The position numbers and the translations under genes were made by a program. Source: Clostridium sp. (lineage in GTDB: Bacteria > Bacillota > Clostridia > Lachnospirales > Lachnospiraceae). From it: a DNA stretch of 64,000 nt. The notes under the pieces are model-generated. The model searched no databases and was not told the DNA's origin. It saw nothing but the letters and a program-made list of their open reading frames with translations. The stretch spans positions 765-64,764 of the forward strand of contig SFNH01000002.1 of the NCBI GenBank assembly GCA_004554205.1, written 5' to 3'. This document shows, one piece after another, positions 1 to 9,979 of this stretch (positions within the stretch are counted from its first letter, which is position 1; each line of letters opens with the position of its first letter).

Positions 1-1
1 C

Positions 2-700
2 ACCGTTATCGCCACAGAGCTCGGCAAGCTGGTGTCAAAGGAGACGCGCGTGGATATCCTCATAACGCCCGGCGTCACCATCATCTCCGGCGTACTGGCC
101 GCACAGTTCGCGGGCCCCGGCGTCTCCGCATTTATGTCCGCCTTCGGCAATCTTATAAAGACCGGCACCGAGCTGCAGCCCTTCCTCATGGGAATGCTGG
201 TATCCGCCCTGGTCGGCATTGCCCTGACCCTGCCCATCAGCAGCGCCGCCATCTGCATTATGTTAAGCCTTGACGGCCTTGCCGGCGGCGCGGCCACAGC
301 CGGCTGCTGCGCGCAGATGATCGGATTTGCCGTATTAAGCTACCGGGAAAATGGGTTTGGCGGGCTGCTCGCACAGGGGCTCGGAACCTCCATGCTCCAG
401 ATGGGAAATATCGTCAAAAATCCGCGCATCTGGATCGCGCCGACCCTCGCCTCCCTGATCACAGGCCCCGTCGCCACCTGCGCCTTCCGCCTGGAAAACA
501 TTGCCGCAGGCTCCGGCATGGGAACCTGCGGCTTAGTCGGACCGATCGGAATCTACACCGCCATGGGCGGCGGAGCCGGTATGTGGCTCGGAATCCTTCT
601 CGTATGTTTTATTCTTCCCGCTGTGCTCAGCCTCGTATTCGGCGAGCTGCTCAGAAAGGTCGGATGGATCAGGCCTGGGGATCTGAAGCTTGATCTGTAA
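2..700 (+). CDS. PTS sugar transporter subunit IIC-like membrane protein (5'-partial)
   Basis: Frame open from window edge; hydrophobic; ALTLPISSAAI, QGLGTSMLQMGNIVKNP and GSGMGTCGLVG motifs of the PTS_EIIC_2 family. Confidence 0.8.
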   Translation, partial: TVIATELGKLVSKETRVDILITPGVTIISGVLAAQFAGPGVSAFMSAFGNLIKTGTELQPFLMGMLVSALVGIALTLPISSAAICIMLSLDGLAGGAATAGCCAQMIGFAVLSYRENGFGGLLAQGLGTSMLQMGNIVKNPRIWIAPTLASLITGPVATCAFRLENIAAGSGMGTCGLVGPIGIYTAMGGGAGMWLGILLVCFILPAVLSLVFGELLRKVGWIRPGDLKLDL

Positions 701-2057
701 GCGCCTCAACCGCCTTTTGAAGCTGATTATCCTTTTCAAACGGTATATCATATTCCCCGGTGAGTTCCTCGTCGAGCACCTGCTCGACCTCTACATCCGG
801 GGTGAGGCCCTTCTTATGGAGGTCATGCCCCGCCGGGGTGTAGTAGTGGGCGGTCGTGATCTTCACGGCAGAGCCGTCCGTAAGCGGAAACAGGCTCTGC
901 ACGATCCCCTTCCCGAACGAGGTCGTCCCCACCAGCTTTGCGACGCCGTAGTCCTGAAGCGCCCCGGCAAATACCTCCGACGCGCTCGCGGACTCTCCAT
1001 TGATCAGCACCGCGATGGGAATATTAAGCTCATGCCCGTCCTCCATCGGGAAATACGGATTCCGAACCGGCGCGCCGTCCGATTCGTACCGGACTTTTCC
1101 GTCCGCGCTGAAATAGCGGTCGCCCTTCTCATTCTTATCCGCCGTAGTTAAGATCGTGCCGTCAAATTGATCGTCCGGCAGCACATACGCCGCCATCTGC
1201 ACGCAGGATTCCAGGACGCCGCCCGGATTGTCCCGAAGGTCAATGACGAGGCGTTCCATTCCCTGCGCCTCCAGGTCGTCGACCGCGGAGATAAACTGCG
1301 CCCCCGTCACCGTGTCGAACTGGGTCACCATAATATATCCTGTCTTGTCCTCCAAAAGCCGGTGTTCCACCGTCGCCACCTCAACCATGCGGCGCTCGAT
1401 ATGGAGCGGAATCTCCTCGCTGTCCCGCAACACCGTCAGATCCACGAAGGTGCCCTCCTCGCCCCGGATGTGCTCCTGCACCAGCATATCAAGATCCTCG
1501 CCTGTCGCTTCAATATCCCCGACCTTATAGAGGATGTCGCCCTTTTTCATGCCGGCCTCCTCCGCCGGGGAGCCGGGGAATACCCTGAGCGCCGTCACGA
1601 TACCGGACTTGATATTCTGGCTCACCAGCACGCCGATCCCGCAGTAGACCCCCTCCGTCTCCTCGCCCAGAGCCTCATATTCCTCCGGCGTATAGTAGAC
1701 CGTATAGGGATCCTTGAGTCCCGCGAGCATCCCCTTGTAAATGCCGTCCTCCATCCCCTGCATATCCTCGTCAAAGAGGAAATACTGATCCACAACCTTT
1801 TCCAGAGTATTAATCTTGCGCCCGATCGCCCTCATATTCAGCTTCTGCTGCTCGCTCTCCGAAGCCGCGGAGCTTTCCGCGATCTGCTCCTGGACCTGAT
1901 TTTCCATAACGGCGCGCCCGATCACGGAAATGCCGGTGGCTACGCCGACGATCACAAGGCCCGCAAACGCAGTCACCAATGTGCCGACCAGAACTCCCTT
2001 CCAGAATTTTCCAATACCCTTATTTTCTCTGTCCAACGCTTTCACCTCACTTCCCAA
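669..2057 (-). CDS. ctpA: Carboxy-terminal processing protease, S41 family with PDZ domain
   Basis: N-terminal TM, PDZ (GIGV...GSPAEEAG), DLRDNPGG, SASASEVFAGALQD, GTTSFGKG; exact start uncertain. Confidence 0.9.
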   Translation of the reverse strand: MGSEVKALDRENKGIGKFWKGVLVGTLVTAFAGLVIVGVATGISVIGRAVMENQVQEQIAESSAASESEQQKLNMRAIGRKINTLEKVVDQYFLFDEDMQGMEDGIYKGMLAGLKDPYTVYYTPEEYEALGEETEGVYCGIGVLVSQNIKSGIVTALRVFPGSPAEEAGMKKGDILYKVGDIEATGEDLDMLVQEHIRGEEGTFVDLTVLRDSEEIPLHIERRMVEVATVEHRLLEDKTGYIMVTQFDTVTGAQFISAVDDLEAQGMERLVIDLRDNPGGVLESCVQMAAYVLPDDQFDGTILTTADKNEKGDRYFSADGKVRYESDGAPVRNPYFPMEDGHELNIPIAVLINGESASASEVFAGALQDYGVAKLVGTTSFGKGIVQSLFPLTDGSAVKITTAHYYTPAGHDLHKKGLTPDVEVEQVLDEELTGEYDIPFEKDNQLQKAVEALTDQASDPQA

Positions 2058-2058
2058 T

Positions 2059-3294
2059 TTACGGGCTCACATAATTCTGCGGATTCACATACCGCCCGCC
2101 TGCCCGAATCCCGAAATGCAGGTGCGGGCCGGTGGAATAACCGGTAGAGCCCACCTTGGCGATGGTCTCGCCCTGCTTCACCTCCTGCCCCTCTGAGGCA
2201 AGGAGTTCGGAGCAGTGCATGTACACCGTGTAAATGCCGCCGCCATGGTTGAGCATGATATAATTTCCGGCCGAATAGCTGTATGTAGAGACCACGACAG
2301 TGCCGGACGCCGCCGCCACGACAGCCGAGCCGGTGCTCGCGCTGATGTCGATGCCCTGGTGATTTGAGGAAGCGCCCTCTGTCGGTATCTCCCTCGCCCC
2401 GAACACGGAGGTAATGCGGCTGCTCGATGGGCACGGCCACTTAAAATTAATATCCCCAAGACTGGCAACTTTATACGTTTTTCCAGCCGCCTCGGCCGCT
2501 TTTCTGGCCTCCTCCTCCTTGCGTTTGATCTCCGCCTCGAGCTTCTTTATCCTGTTTTCCTGCTCCTTTAGGTCCTTCTCGTACGCGCTGATCTGCCCCT
2601 GCGTCATGTGGATCTGGCTCTCAAAATTTTTCAGTTCCTTCGTTTTCTCGGCAGCTAACGTCTCCACGGACTGCTGCTTCGCCTCCGTCTGGGCTTTCAG
2701 CCCCAAAAGCTCCTCATGCTCCTCGTTGAGCGTCTCCTCATGCGCCGCGATGGAATCCCTCGTCTCTTCATACTCATCCATCTTCCTGCGGTCATACTCG
2801 GAGATCTTTCGGATATACTCCACCCTGTTCATAAGCTGCACCATATCATCCGACTGCAAAAGCATGTCGATGTAGCTGGTATCCCCACGCTCATACATGT
2901 ACTTGATGCGCAGCTTCATATCCACATACTGCTTTTCTTCCAACTGTCTCGCCGCCTCAAGCTGCTGCTGCGTCGCGGAAATCTCACTCTCCTTTTTCTT
3001 GATCTGTCCCGCGAGCACATTGAGCTCCCCGTTTAACTCTTCCAGATTTTGGTCGAGCTGCTTTACATAAGCCGCCGCGTCACTTTTTAGCCCCTCCAGG
3101 TTTTTTAAGCTGCTCTCCAACTTCTTTTTCTCCGCCTCAATCGAGCTCACCGTCTTTTTGGCGTCCTCCACCTCCTGCCTCGTGGCGTACGCTGGACGGA
3201 TGCCCGCCGCCGCCAGCACAAACGCAAGCGCCGCGAACGCGAGCCGCTTTCCCCCTGTCTTTTCATGCTTTGTATGTTCCATTCTCTGCATCAT
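2059..3294 (-). CDS. Murein hydrolase/activator, coiled-coil plus M23 domain (EnvC/CwlO-like)
   Basis: Signal peptide, long coiled coil, HQGID and STGPHLHF M23 motifs; directly downstream of ftsEX. Confidence 0.9.
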   Translation of the reverse strand: MMQRMEHTKHEKTGGKRLAFAALAFVLAAAGIRPAYATRQEVEDAKKTVSSIEAEKKKLESSLKNLEGLKSDAAAYVKQLDQNLEELNGELNVLAGQIKKKESEISATQQQLEAARQLEEKQYVDMKLRIKYMYERGDTSYIDMLLQSDDMVQLMNRVEYIRKISEYDRRKMDEYEETRDSIAAHEETLNEEHEELLGLKAQTEAKQQSVETLAAEKTKELKNFESQIHMTQGQISAYEKDLKEQENRIKKLEAEIKRKEEEARKAAEAAGKTYKVASLGDINFKWPCPSSSRITSVFGAREIPTEGASSNHQGIDISASTGSAVVAAASGTVVVSTYSYSAGNYIMLNHGGGIYTVYMHCSELLASEGQEVKQGETIAKVGSTGYSTGPHLHFGIRAGGRYVNPQNYVSP

Positions 3295-3304
3295 CCTGCC
3301 TCTT

Positions 3305-4213
3305 CTACACTCTTAAGTATTTCCGAATCGCAAAAAAGCTCGCGAAAAAGCCGATACCCACGCCAAGCGCCAGCGCGACCCCGATCATCACCGGATAAAT
3401 ATCCTCAACAGGCACAAAGTAAAACATATTCGAGAGGATCCGAAAGCGCTCCGTCAGATACACGACGCCCCTGGTGTACAGCACATAGATGCCTGCCAGG
3501 GGGAGCGCCGCTCCCACCAGTCCGAGCGCCACGCCCTCCACGATGAACGGAGCCCGTATCATAAAATTCGTCGCTCCGACCAGACGCATGATCTGGCACT
3601 CCTGCCAGCGGAACGCAGCCGCCACGGAAACCGTATTGTTGATCAAAAACACCGCCACCGCCAGCAAGACCCCGATGATTCCCGCGGAGAGCACACCGAT
3701 GATCCTGTTAAAGCTCGAGAAGCCCGCAACCGCCGTGTTGGAATAATTGACCTGGCGCACGCCGTCAAGACCCTGTAAATATGATACGAGGCCGTCCTGC
3801 CCGGCGATGTCGTTTAAGTAGATCTCGTAGGTCGCAGAGCCCGCCAGGGGATTGTCCTCGGCAAAGCCCTCGGCCAGTTCCTCCCTGCCTGCAAAATACT
3901 CCTTCTTAAATCCGTCCCATGCCTCCTCGGCAGAGACGTACTGCATCCGCTTCACCTCCGGCCTCCGGCCGATCTCCTGCCCGAGAGCGAGTATCTGTTC
4001 CTCGCTTAAATCCTCGTCAAACAGCACCGTAACGCCGACCGTGCTCTCCACATGGCGCACCATATTCTGAATATTCGCAATAATCGAAAAAAACATGCAA
4101 AACAAAAAAATACACGCAGAAATCGTCGCCACCGACGCGAGAGAAAACCAGATATTTCTGCATATATTCTTCATGCCCTGCTTCAGGCAATACCACAATG
4201 TACTAATTCTCAC
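3305..4213 (-). CDS. ftsX: Cell division permease FtsX
   Basis: IMRLVGATNFMIRAPFIVEG motif, 4 TM layout, follows ftsE; GTG at 4213 chosen as start. Confidence 0.92.
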   Translation of the reverse strand: MRISTLWYCLKQGMKNICRNIWFSLASVATISACIFLFCMFFSIIANIQNMVRHVESTVGVTVLFDEDLSEEQILALGQEIGRRPEVKRMQYVSAEEAWDGFKKEYFAGREELAEGFAEDNPLAGSATYEIYLNDIAGQDGLVSYLQGLDGVRQVNYSNTAVAGFSSFNRIIGVLSAGIIGVLLAVAVFLINNTVSVAAAFRWQECQIMRLVGATNFMIRAPFIVEGVALGLVGAALPLAGIYVLYTRGVVYLTERFRILSNMFYFVPVEDIYPVMIGVALALGVGIGFFASFFAIRKYLRV

Positions 4214-4889
4214 CGCTCTGTCCACCCTTCGTCTCGTCGCTGATCATCCGCCCCCGCTCCAGGGTGATCACCCGTCCGCCTATCTGCTCCACGAGCTCAT
4301 GGCTGTGCGTGACAACCACGACCGTGGTGCCGAGCTCATTGATATGACCCAAAAGCTTCATGATCTGGACGGCGTTTTCGTGATCCAAATTGCCCGTCGG
4401 CTCATCGGCAAGGAGCACCTCAGGCCGGTTGATCAGCGCCCGCGCGATCGCCACCCGCTGCTGTTCCCCGCCGGAAAGGTGCTGCGGCAGCGCCTTGTAC
4501 TTGGCAGACAGCCCTACCAGCTTTAACATCTCCGGCACGGACTCCCGGATACTCCTTGCGGAAGCGCCGATCACACGCTGCGCAAAGGCCACATTTTCAA
4601 ATACGTTCCGATCCTTCAAAAGGCGGAAGTCCTGAAAAATGACCCCGAGCTCCCTGCGGTATCTCGGTATATATCTGCGCGGCATCTTCTGTAAATTCAT
4701 GTCATTGACGATAATGTGGCCGGAAGTGGGCTCCGTCTCCTTCAAAAGGAGCTTAAGCAGCGTAGACTTGCCGGAGCCGCTGCGCCCCATAATGAACACA
4801 AACTCCCCGTCGTCGATCGTGATATTGATACCCTGCAGCGCCTTGCTCCCGGTCGCATATGTCTTGCTCAAATTCCTTATCTCAATCAT
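4203..4889 (-). CDS. ftsE: Cell division ATP-binding protein FtsE
   Basis: Walker [43 protein letters not shown]. Confidence 0.95.
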   Translation of the reverse strand: MIEIRNLSKTYATGSKALQGINITIDDGEFVFIMGRSGSGKSTLLKLLLKETEPTSGHIIVNDMNLQKMPRRYIPRYRRELGVIFQDFRLLKDRNVFENVAFAQRVIGASARSIRESVPEMLKLVGLSAKYKALPQHLSGGEQQRVAIARALINRPEVLLADEPTGNLDHENAVQIMKLLGHINELGTTVVVVTHSHELVEQIGGRVITLERGRMISDETKGGQSGEN

Positions 4890-4891
4890 GT

Positions 4892-5980
4892 TCAGTAATC
4901 CAGGCTCTCCATGTATTTCATATATTTTACAACCATCAGTGCGATCTTGAACGTGATCGCGTCCTCGAACACCCGCAGATCAAGCCCCGTGCTCTTCTGC
5001 AGCTTGTCCAGCCGGTAGACTAGCGTGTTCCGGTGGATGTAGAGCTGTCTGGATGTCTCGGACACATTCAGGCTGTTCTCAAAGAACTTGTTGATGGTCG
5101 TCAATGTCTCATCGTCAAACTCATCAGGCGACTTGCCCTCAAAGATTTCCTTGATAAACATGCGGCACAGCGGAAGCGGAAGCTGGTAGATCAGGCGTCC
5201 GATCCCCAGGTTGCTGTATGCCACCACGTTCTTGCCGCTGTAAAAGATCTTGCCCACATCGAGCGCCATCTTGGCCTCCTTGTAGGAGCGGGAGACCTCC
5301 TTTAAGTCGTTCACCACCGTGCCGTATGCCACATGCACCTTCGTCATCGCCTCGGTGTTGAGCATATCAAGGAGCGTGTTGGCCGTCTTATTGAGCGCCT
5401 CATAATTCTCGTCCGGCTTTACCTCCTTCACCAGGATAATGTTCTTCTCGTCCACAGCGGTGATAAAGTCCTTCGTCTTCGCGGCAAACAGACTGCGCAC
5501 GGTCTCGAGCGCATTCACATCCTTTTCGTGCTCCGTCTCGATCAGGTACACGACGCGCCTCACATTCGTCTCGATGTGCAGCTTTTTGGCGCGGTTGTAA
5601 ATGTCCACCAGAAGCAGATTGTCTAAAAGAAGATTTTTGATGAAGTTGTCCTTATCAAACCGCTCCTTGTATGCTACCAGAAGGTTCTGTATCTGGAAGG
5701 CCGCCAGCTTCCCCACCATATACACGTCGTCGCTGCCGCCCTTCGCGAGCACGATGTACTCGAGCTGATGGTCGTCAAACACCTTAAAAAACTGACACCC
5801 CTGGATTACCTGGCTGTCCGCCGGCGAATCCACGAAAGCGAGAACGTCGCGCTCATACTCCTCCGCATCGGGGAATGTAGATGATAACGCCTTGCCTTCC
5901 GTGTCACAGATGCACAGGTCGATTCTGGTGATCCCCTTAAGACCGTCTATGGTTGTCTGCAAAATCTGGTTTGAAATCAT
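4892..5980 (-). CDS. CdaR/PucR-family transcriptional regulator
   Basis: C-terminal HTH LNVSETSRQLYIHRNTLVYRLDKLQKSTGLD; GGDEF-like middle region. Confidence 0.9.
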   Translation of the reverse strand: MISNQILQTTIDGLKGITRIDLCICDTEGKALSSTFPDAEEYERDVLAFVDSPADSQVIQGCQFFKVFDDHQLEYIVLAKGGSDDVYMVGKLAAFQIQNLLVAYKERFDKDNFIKNLLLDNLLLVDIYNRAKKLHIETNVRRVVYLIETEHEKDVNALETVRSLFAAKTKDFITAVDEKNIILVKEVKPDENYEALNKTANTLLDMLNTEAMTKVHVAYGTVVNDLKEVSRSYKEAKMALDVGKIFYSGKNVVAYSNLGIGRLIYQLPLPLCRMFIKEIFEGKSPDEFDDETLTTINKFFENSLNVSETSRQLYIHRNTLVYRLDKLQKSTGLDLRVFEDAITFKIALMVVKYMKYMESLDY

Positions 5981-6062
5981 AATACACTCTCCTTATCCTG
6001 GATTTGCCCGGTGCTTTATGGCATTGTATAAATTCACAAACTTAAAACGACCCTTATCTTAT

Positions 6063-6091
6063 ATCTTAATGCAAAATGTAAAAAAAAGCAA
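6063..6091 (-). promoter_or_regulatory. Sigma-A promoter of the cdaR-ftsEX operon
   Basis: TTGCTT (6091-6086), 17 bp, TAAGAT (6068-6063). Confidence 0.55.
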
Positions 6092-6121
6092 GCGAGTATG
6101 ACACTCGCCTGCTCCTTTTTC

Positions 6122-6347
6122 GTAACAGTTCAGCCATTTTTCTTTTATTCGGTCGCGGATGAGGTTTCCGCTTTTGTTCGGTCGCCGGATGTAAAACTTT
6201 TGCTCGCATGGCTCGCAAAAGTGTTCACCGGTCTTCCTCACGGTAAGGTTTGCCCCGCTCCCTCGGAACTGGCTATCCCCAGCCGCTTACGCCCGGACAG
6301 ACAGCCCCGTGTGACACGCTGCGTTTCCCGCCGTCCTAAACAGTTAC
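6122..6347. repeat. Filled copy of the GTRACWGTTYAG palindromic element (modules A, B, C)
   Basis: Ends GTAACAGTTCAG and CTAAACAGTTAC are inverted; internal blocks recur at 11009-11044, 13090-13219 (reverse complement) and 45986-46166. Confidence 0.88.
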
Positions 6348-6349
6348 GT

Positions 6350-7462
6350 TTAGTTGGTGATAACCTGCTCGGTGTCCTTGTCGAACACGTGGATCTTGCT
6401 TAAGTCGAGCGCAAGCTTCACGGTATCGCCGGGTCTCGCCGCGGTGCGCGGATTTACGCGCGCGGTGCAGTTCGCCTCATTCACGTCAAAGTAGAGATAT
6501 GCCTCCGCGCCGAGCAGCTCGTACACACGGATCGTCGCGTCGATCACGCTCTTCGGAGATGCTGCCAGGAATGCCTCCTCGTCATGCAGATCCTCCGGGC
6601 GGATACCCAGTGTAACGACCTTGCCTATGTATCCCTTCTCCTCAAGCGCCTTTCCCTTCTCCTGCGGGAGCGCGATAGTATGCCCGTCAAAGGTCAGGGT
6701 AACATCTGCGCCGTCCTTGCCGACCGTCGCGTCGATCAGGTTCATCTGCGGTGCGCCGATAAAGCCCGCAACGAACTTATTGCACGGCTTGTCGTACAGA
6801 TTCTGCGGCGAGTCAACCTGCTGAACCACGCCGTCCTTCATAACGACGATCCTCGTGCCGAGTGTCATAGCCTCGGTCTGGTCATGGGTAACGTAGATGA
6901 TCGTCGCCTGCAGTCTCTGGTGCAGCTTCGAGATCTCAATGCGCATCTGGCCTCTCAGCTTCGCGTCCAGGTTGGAGAGCGGCTCGTCCATCAAAAATAC
7001 CTTCGGGTTTCTCACGATCGCACGGCCCATCGCCACGCGCTGTCTCTGACCGCCGGAGAGCGCCTTCGGCTTTCTGTCAAGCAGGTGGGACAGATCAAGA
7101 ATCCTCGCCGCGTCCTGAACCAGCCTGTCGATCTCCTCCTTCGGGGTCTTTCTCAGCTTCAGGCCGAATGCCATATTATCATATACCGTCATGTGCGGAT
7201 ACAGGGCGTAGTTCTGGAATACCATCGCGATATCCCTGTCCTTCGGCTCCACATTGTTCACCAGCTTGCCGTCGATGTACATCTCACCGGAAGAAATATC
7301 CTCCAGACCCGCGATCATACGCAGCGTCGTGGACTTACCGCATCCGGACGGTCCCACGAAAATGATGAACTCCTTGTCCGCAATCTCAAGGTTAAAATCC
7401 TTTACTGCCACAAATCCATTCGGATATTTCTTTGTTACGTTTTTGAGTGATAAACTAGCCAT
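6350..7462 (-). CDS. msmX: Multiple-sugar ABC transporter ATP-binding protein (MsmX/UgpC/MalK type)
   Basis: GPSGCGKST, LSGGQRQRVAMGRA, MDEPLSNLDAKLR, TOBE-like C-terminus; AGGAGG before ATG 7462. Confidence 0.9.
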   Translation of the reverse strand: MASLSLKNVTKKYPNGFVAVKDFNLEIADKEFIIFVGPSGCGKSTTLRMIAGLEDISSGEMYIDGKLVNNVEPKDRDIAMVFQNYALYPHMTVYDNMAFGLKLRKTPKEEIDRLVQDAARILDLSHLLDRKPKALSGGQRQRVAMGRAIVRNPKVFLMDEPLSNLDAKLRGQMRIEISKLHQRLQATIIYVTHDQTEAMTLGTRIVVMKDGVVQQVDSPQNLYDKPCNKFVAGFIGAPQMNLIDATVGKDGADVTLTFDGHTIALPQEKGKALEEKGYIGKVVTLGIRPEDLHDEEAFLAASPKSVIDATIRVYELLGAEAYLYFDVNEANCTARVNPRTAARPGDTVKLALDLSKIHVFDKDTEQVITN

Positions 7463-7612
7463 TTTCTTCTCCTCCTGAATGAGCATCTTAATGATTCTAT
7501 GTGTAATTATCATACAACAGAGAAATTTTTTCTTCCATATGGCAAATGCCCAAATCCCATTTCCCTTTTTTGTCCAAATTGCTCAAACAGAAAAAAAATT
7601 GCCGAAAATTAC

Positions 7613-7640
7613 AAAAGCAGGCTGAAAAAAGCCCGCTTTT
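7613..7640 (-). terminator. Probable intrinsic terminator after the YitT gene
   Basis: aaaagcaggct-gaaaaa-agcccgctttt imperfect stem with T/A tails. Confidence 0.55.
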
Positions 7641-8490
7641 ACTGTCGATATTCGATAAATCCCTCGCCCAAAACCTCTCTTGCGTCGCTGACGATCACAA
7701 AAGCTTGTGAATCATGCCCAACAACGAGGTCCTTTAATTGTACAATTTCTTTCTTTGAGACCACGCAGAACAGCACATTCTTCTGTGCCCCGGAGTACAT
7801 CCCGCGCGCGTCAAGCCCCGTCACGCCGCGGTCCAGCTCGTGGATAATGGCCTGGGCGATCTCCCCGCTTTTCTCCGAGATGATGATCGCCGCCTTGGAA
7901 AACTTTAAGCCCTCGATCAGCCCGTCAGACACCTTCACCACCGCGAAAATCGCGATGAGCGCGTAGAGCGCGTAGGTGATCCCGAAGACAGAAGCACCGA
8001 CGAGCACAACGATCGCATCTAACACCTGCATGATCTGCGCGATGCTGTAGTGCGGGAGCTTCCGCTGAATGAGCGCCGCCAGCATATCCGTACCGCCGGT
8101 GGTCGCCTGACATGAAAACACAAGCCCCGCGCCCACACCGCTGATAAGACCTCCGAACAGCGCCGTCAGAAACAGATCGTCCATCAGAAACGGGAGCTCG
8201 GGCAGCACATATAAAGACACCGATACCGCCGCCGTCGCGGCCATGGTTCGCTTTAAAAAGCGCCAGCCCTTAAGCCTCACTGAGACGAGAAACAGCGGAA
8301 TATTAAGGATCGTATTCGTGACCCACAGCGGAATCCCGGCCTTAGCTCTCAGGATGATCGCGATGCCCGAGACACCGCCGGTCACCAGATTCACCGGGGC
8401 ATAAATATTCTTGATGGCAAATCCCATGATGAACGCGCCGAGCAGGATCACCGCGTACTCAAACGCCGGGGATTTCCTTTTTAAATCCAT
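7639..8490 (-). CDS. YitT family membrane protein
   Basis: LVTGGVSGIA, TTGGTDMLA, LDRGVT...GMYSG, D..AFVIVSDAREVLGEGF. Confidence 0.9.
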   Translation of the reverse strand: MDLKRKSPAFEYAVILLGAFIMGFAIKNIYAPVNLVTGGVSGIAIILRAKAGIPLWVTNTILNIPLFLVSVRLKGWRFLKRTMAATAAVSVSLYVLPELPFLMDDLFLTALFGGLISGVGAGLVFSCQATTGGTDMLAALIQRKLPHYSIAQIMQVLDAIVVLVGASVFGITYALYALIAIFAVVKVSDGLIEGLKFSKAAIIISEKSGEIAQAIIHELDRGVTGLDARGMYSGAQKNVLFCVVSKKEIVQLKDLVVGHDSQAFVIVSDAREVLGEGFIEYRQ

Positions 8491-8507
8491 GCGGACTTTC
8501 CTCTCTG

Positions 8508-9092
8508 TCAGGAGATTTTCCTCGCCAGAACGTTTAAGAGCTTACCGCCCCCGTCCCGGCTCTCATCGTCCGTCGTCCAGAGTTTTAAAATCTCCAGGCG
8601 TCCGGTTCCCCTTAAGATTCTCTCCAGCTCCTCCCCGGAATATTCGCAGAAAAAGCGTTCTCCCCTCGCCCCCTCAAAGCTTCCCTCCTGAAATGAGAGA
8701 AAGAGGAGCCCGCCCCGGCACAGCGCCCGGGTCAGCTTTGTGAGAATGCCGGGAAGCTCGTCCTTCGGGAGATGGATGAGCGCCTCATTCCCCCAGATCC
8801 CGTCGAACGCCTCCTCGAACTCCATGTCCTCATATCTCATATTGAGCACCTCGAGGCCGGTATGTATCTCCGCCAGCTTGCACATCTCCTCCGACGCGTC
8901 AAGCGGCGTCACATCAAAGCCCTGCTCGTAAAACGCAAGGCTGTCTCTCCCCGAGCCGCAGCCCAGGTCAAGGACTGTGTCTCCCTCCTCAAGGAGCGCG
9001 AGAAACTCGCCGCGCACTCCGCTAAGATCGCGCCCCACCGTATCCTCAAAAATCAGCGACGCATACTTATTATAGTATTCTATCGTGTCCAA
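8508..9092 (-). CDS. Class I SAM-dependent methyltransferase
   Basis: VLDLGCGSGRD motif I, FDGIW; TTG start after AGGAGG. Confidence 0.88.
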   Translation of the reverse strand: MDTIEYYNKYASLIFEDTVGRDLSGVRGEFLALLEEGDTVLDLGCGSGRDSLAFYEQGFDVTPLDASEEMCKLAEIHTGLEVLNMRYEDMEFEEAFDGIWGNEALIHLPKDELPGILTKLTRALCRGGLLFLSFQEGSFEGARGERFFCEYSGEELERILRGTGRLEILKLWTTDDESRDGGGKLLNVLARKIS

Positions 9093-9105
9093 AGCCGACC
9101 TCCTG

Positions 9106-9939
9106 TCATAACCTCTCTATGGTTTTTTCCGTTATCCGGATCTTTCCTTCCTTAAGAAGCCTTCCGACCGCGCGCTTAAACGCGTTCTTGCTCATATGGA
9201 GCTCACGCTCGATCGTCTCCGGCCTCGCCTTGTCATTGAACGGCAGCACGCCGTCAAACTCGTCGATCACCTTTAAGATCAGCTCCGCGTCCGCATCCAT
9301 CTGCATATATGCCTTCTCGCGGGGGCTTAAGTCGAGCTTTCCGTCCTCCCTCACCTTCACCACGCGGGCGCTGACCGTATCACCCGCATAAAACCCGCCG
9401 TGAAGCTCCCTCTTCGGAATCAGGCCGTAATAGCGGTTGTCCACAGCCACAAACGCCCCCAGCTCCTCATTGATCTCATAGATCGTGCCCTCCACCCTGT
9501 CATCCTTACTGTAAAGGGAATCCGCGCTCATGTAGGGGTAGACCTTCATCGTCGCCGCAAGCCTCCCGCTCTTGTCAACATACAGCGCAACGAGGCAGTT
9601 TTCACCTGGGCGCACCTTATGGCTCTGTTCACGAAACGGCAGCAGAAGATCCTTCTCAAGCCCCATATCGAGAAAAGCTCCTATCTTTGCCACTTCTTTT
9701 ACGGGCAGCACCGCGGTCTGCCCCACCTGAATCTTCGGAACGGCGGTCGTGGCGATCAGCCTATCCTTAGAATCCCTGTAAATGAACACCTCCACAGAGT
9801 CCCCCGGCGCCGCCCCCTGTGGAACCTGCTTTTTCGGCAGGAGCACCGCGTGCTCCTCATCGCCCGGCTCGCCTAAATACACTCCAAAATCCTTTTCCCT
9901 TAAGATCACAAGCGTCTGCATCTTTCCTAACTCTATCAT
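9106..9939 (-). CDS. cvfB: CvfB family S1-domain RNA-binding protein
   Basis: FIYRDSKDRLIATT, GAFLDMGLEKDLLLP, MSKNAFKRAVGRLLK winged helix. Confidence 0.88.
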   Translation of the reverse strand: MIELGKMQTLVILREKDFGVYLGEPGDEEHAVLLPKKQVPQGAAPGDSVEVFIYRDSKDRLIATTAVPKIQVGQTAVLPVKEVAKIGAFLDMGLEKDLLLPFREQSHKVRPGENCLVALYVDKSGRLAATMKVYPYMSADSLYSKDDRVEGTIYEINEELGAFVAVDNRYYGLIPKRELHGGFYAGDTVSARVVKVREDGKLDLSPREKAYMQMDADAELILKVIDEFDGVLPFNDKARPETIERELHMSKNAFKRAVGRLLKEGKIRITEKTIERL

Positions 9940-9979
9940 CGGATTCTCTCTTTCTTCCGCTTATTTTCACCGCGGCGCG

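Noticed and set aside
6024..6039. Rex box at the cdaR promoter
   Set aside because: 16 bp rather than the 18-bp TTGTGAA-N4-TTCACAA; treated as a possible CdaR site instead.
6059..6403. Small ORFs over the repeats (also 10826-11149, 13057-13260, 28704-28985, 45970-46239, 58577-58768)
   Set aside because: Their shared peptide motifs reflect the shared DNA modules; they lack consistent starts, RBSs and frames.
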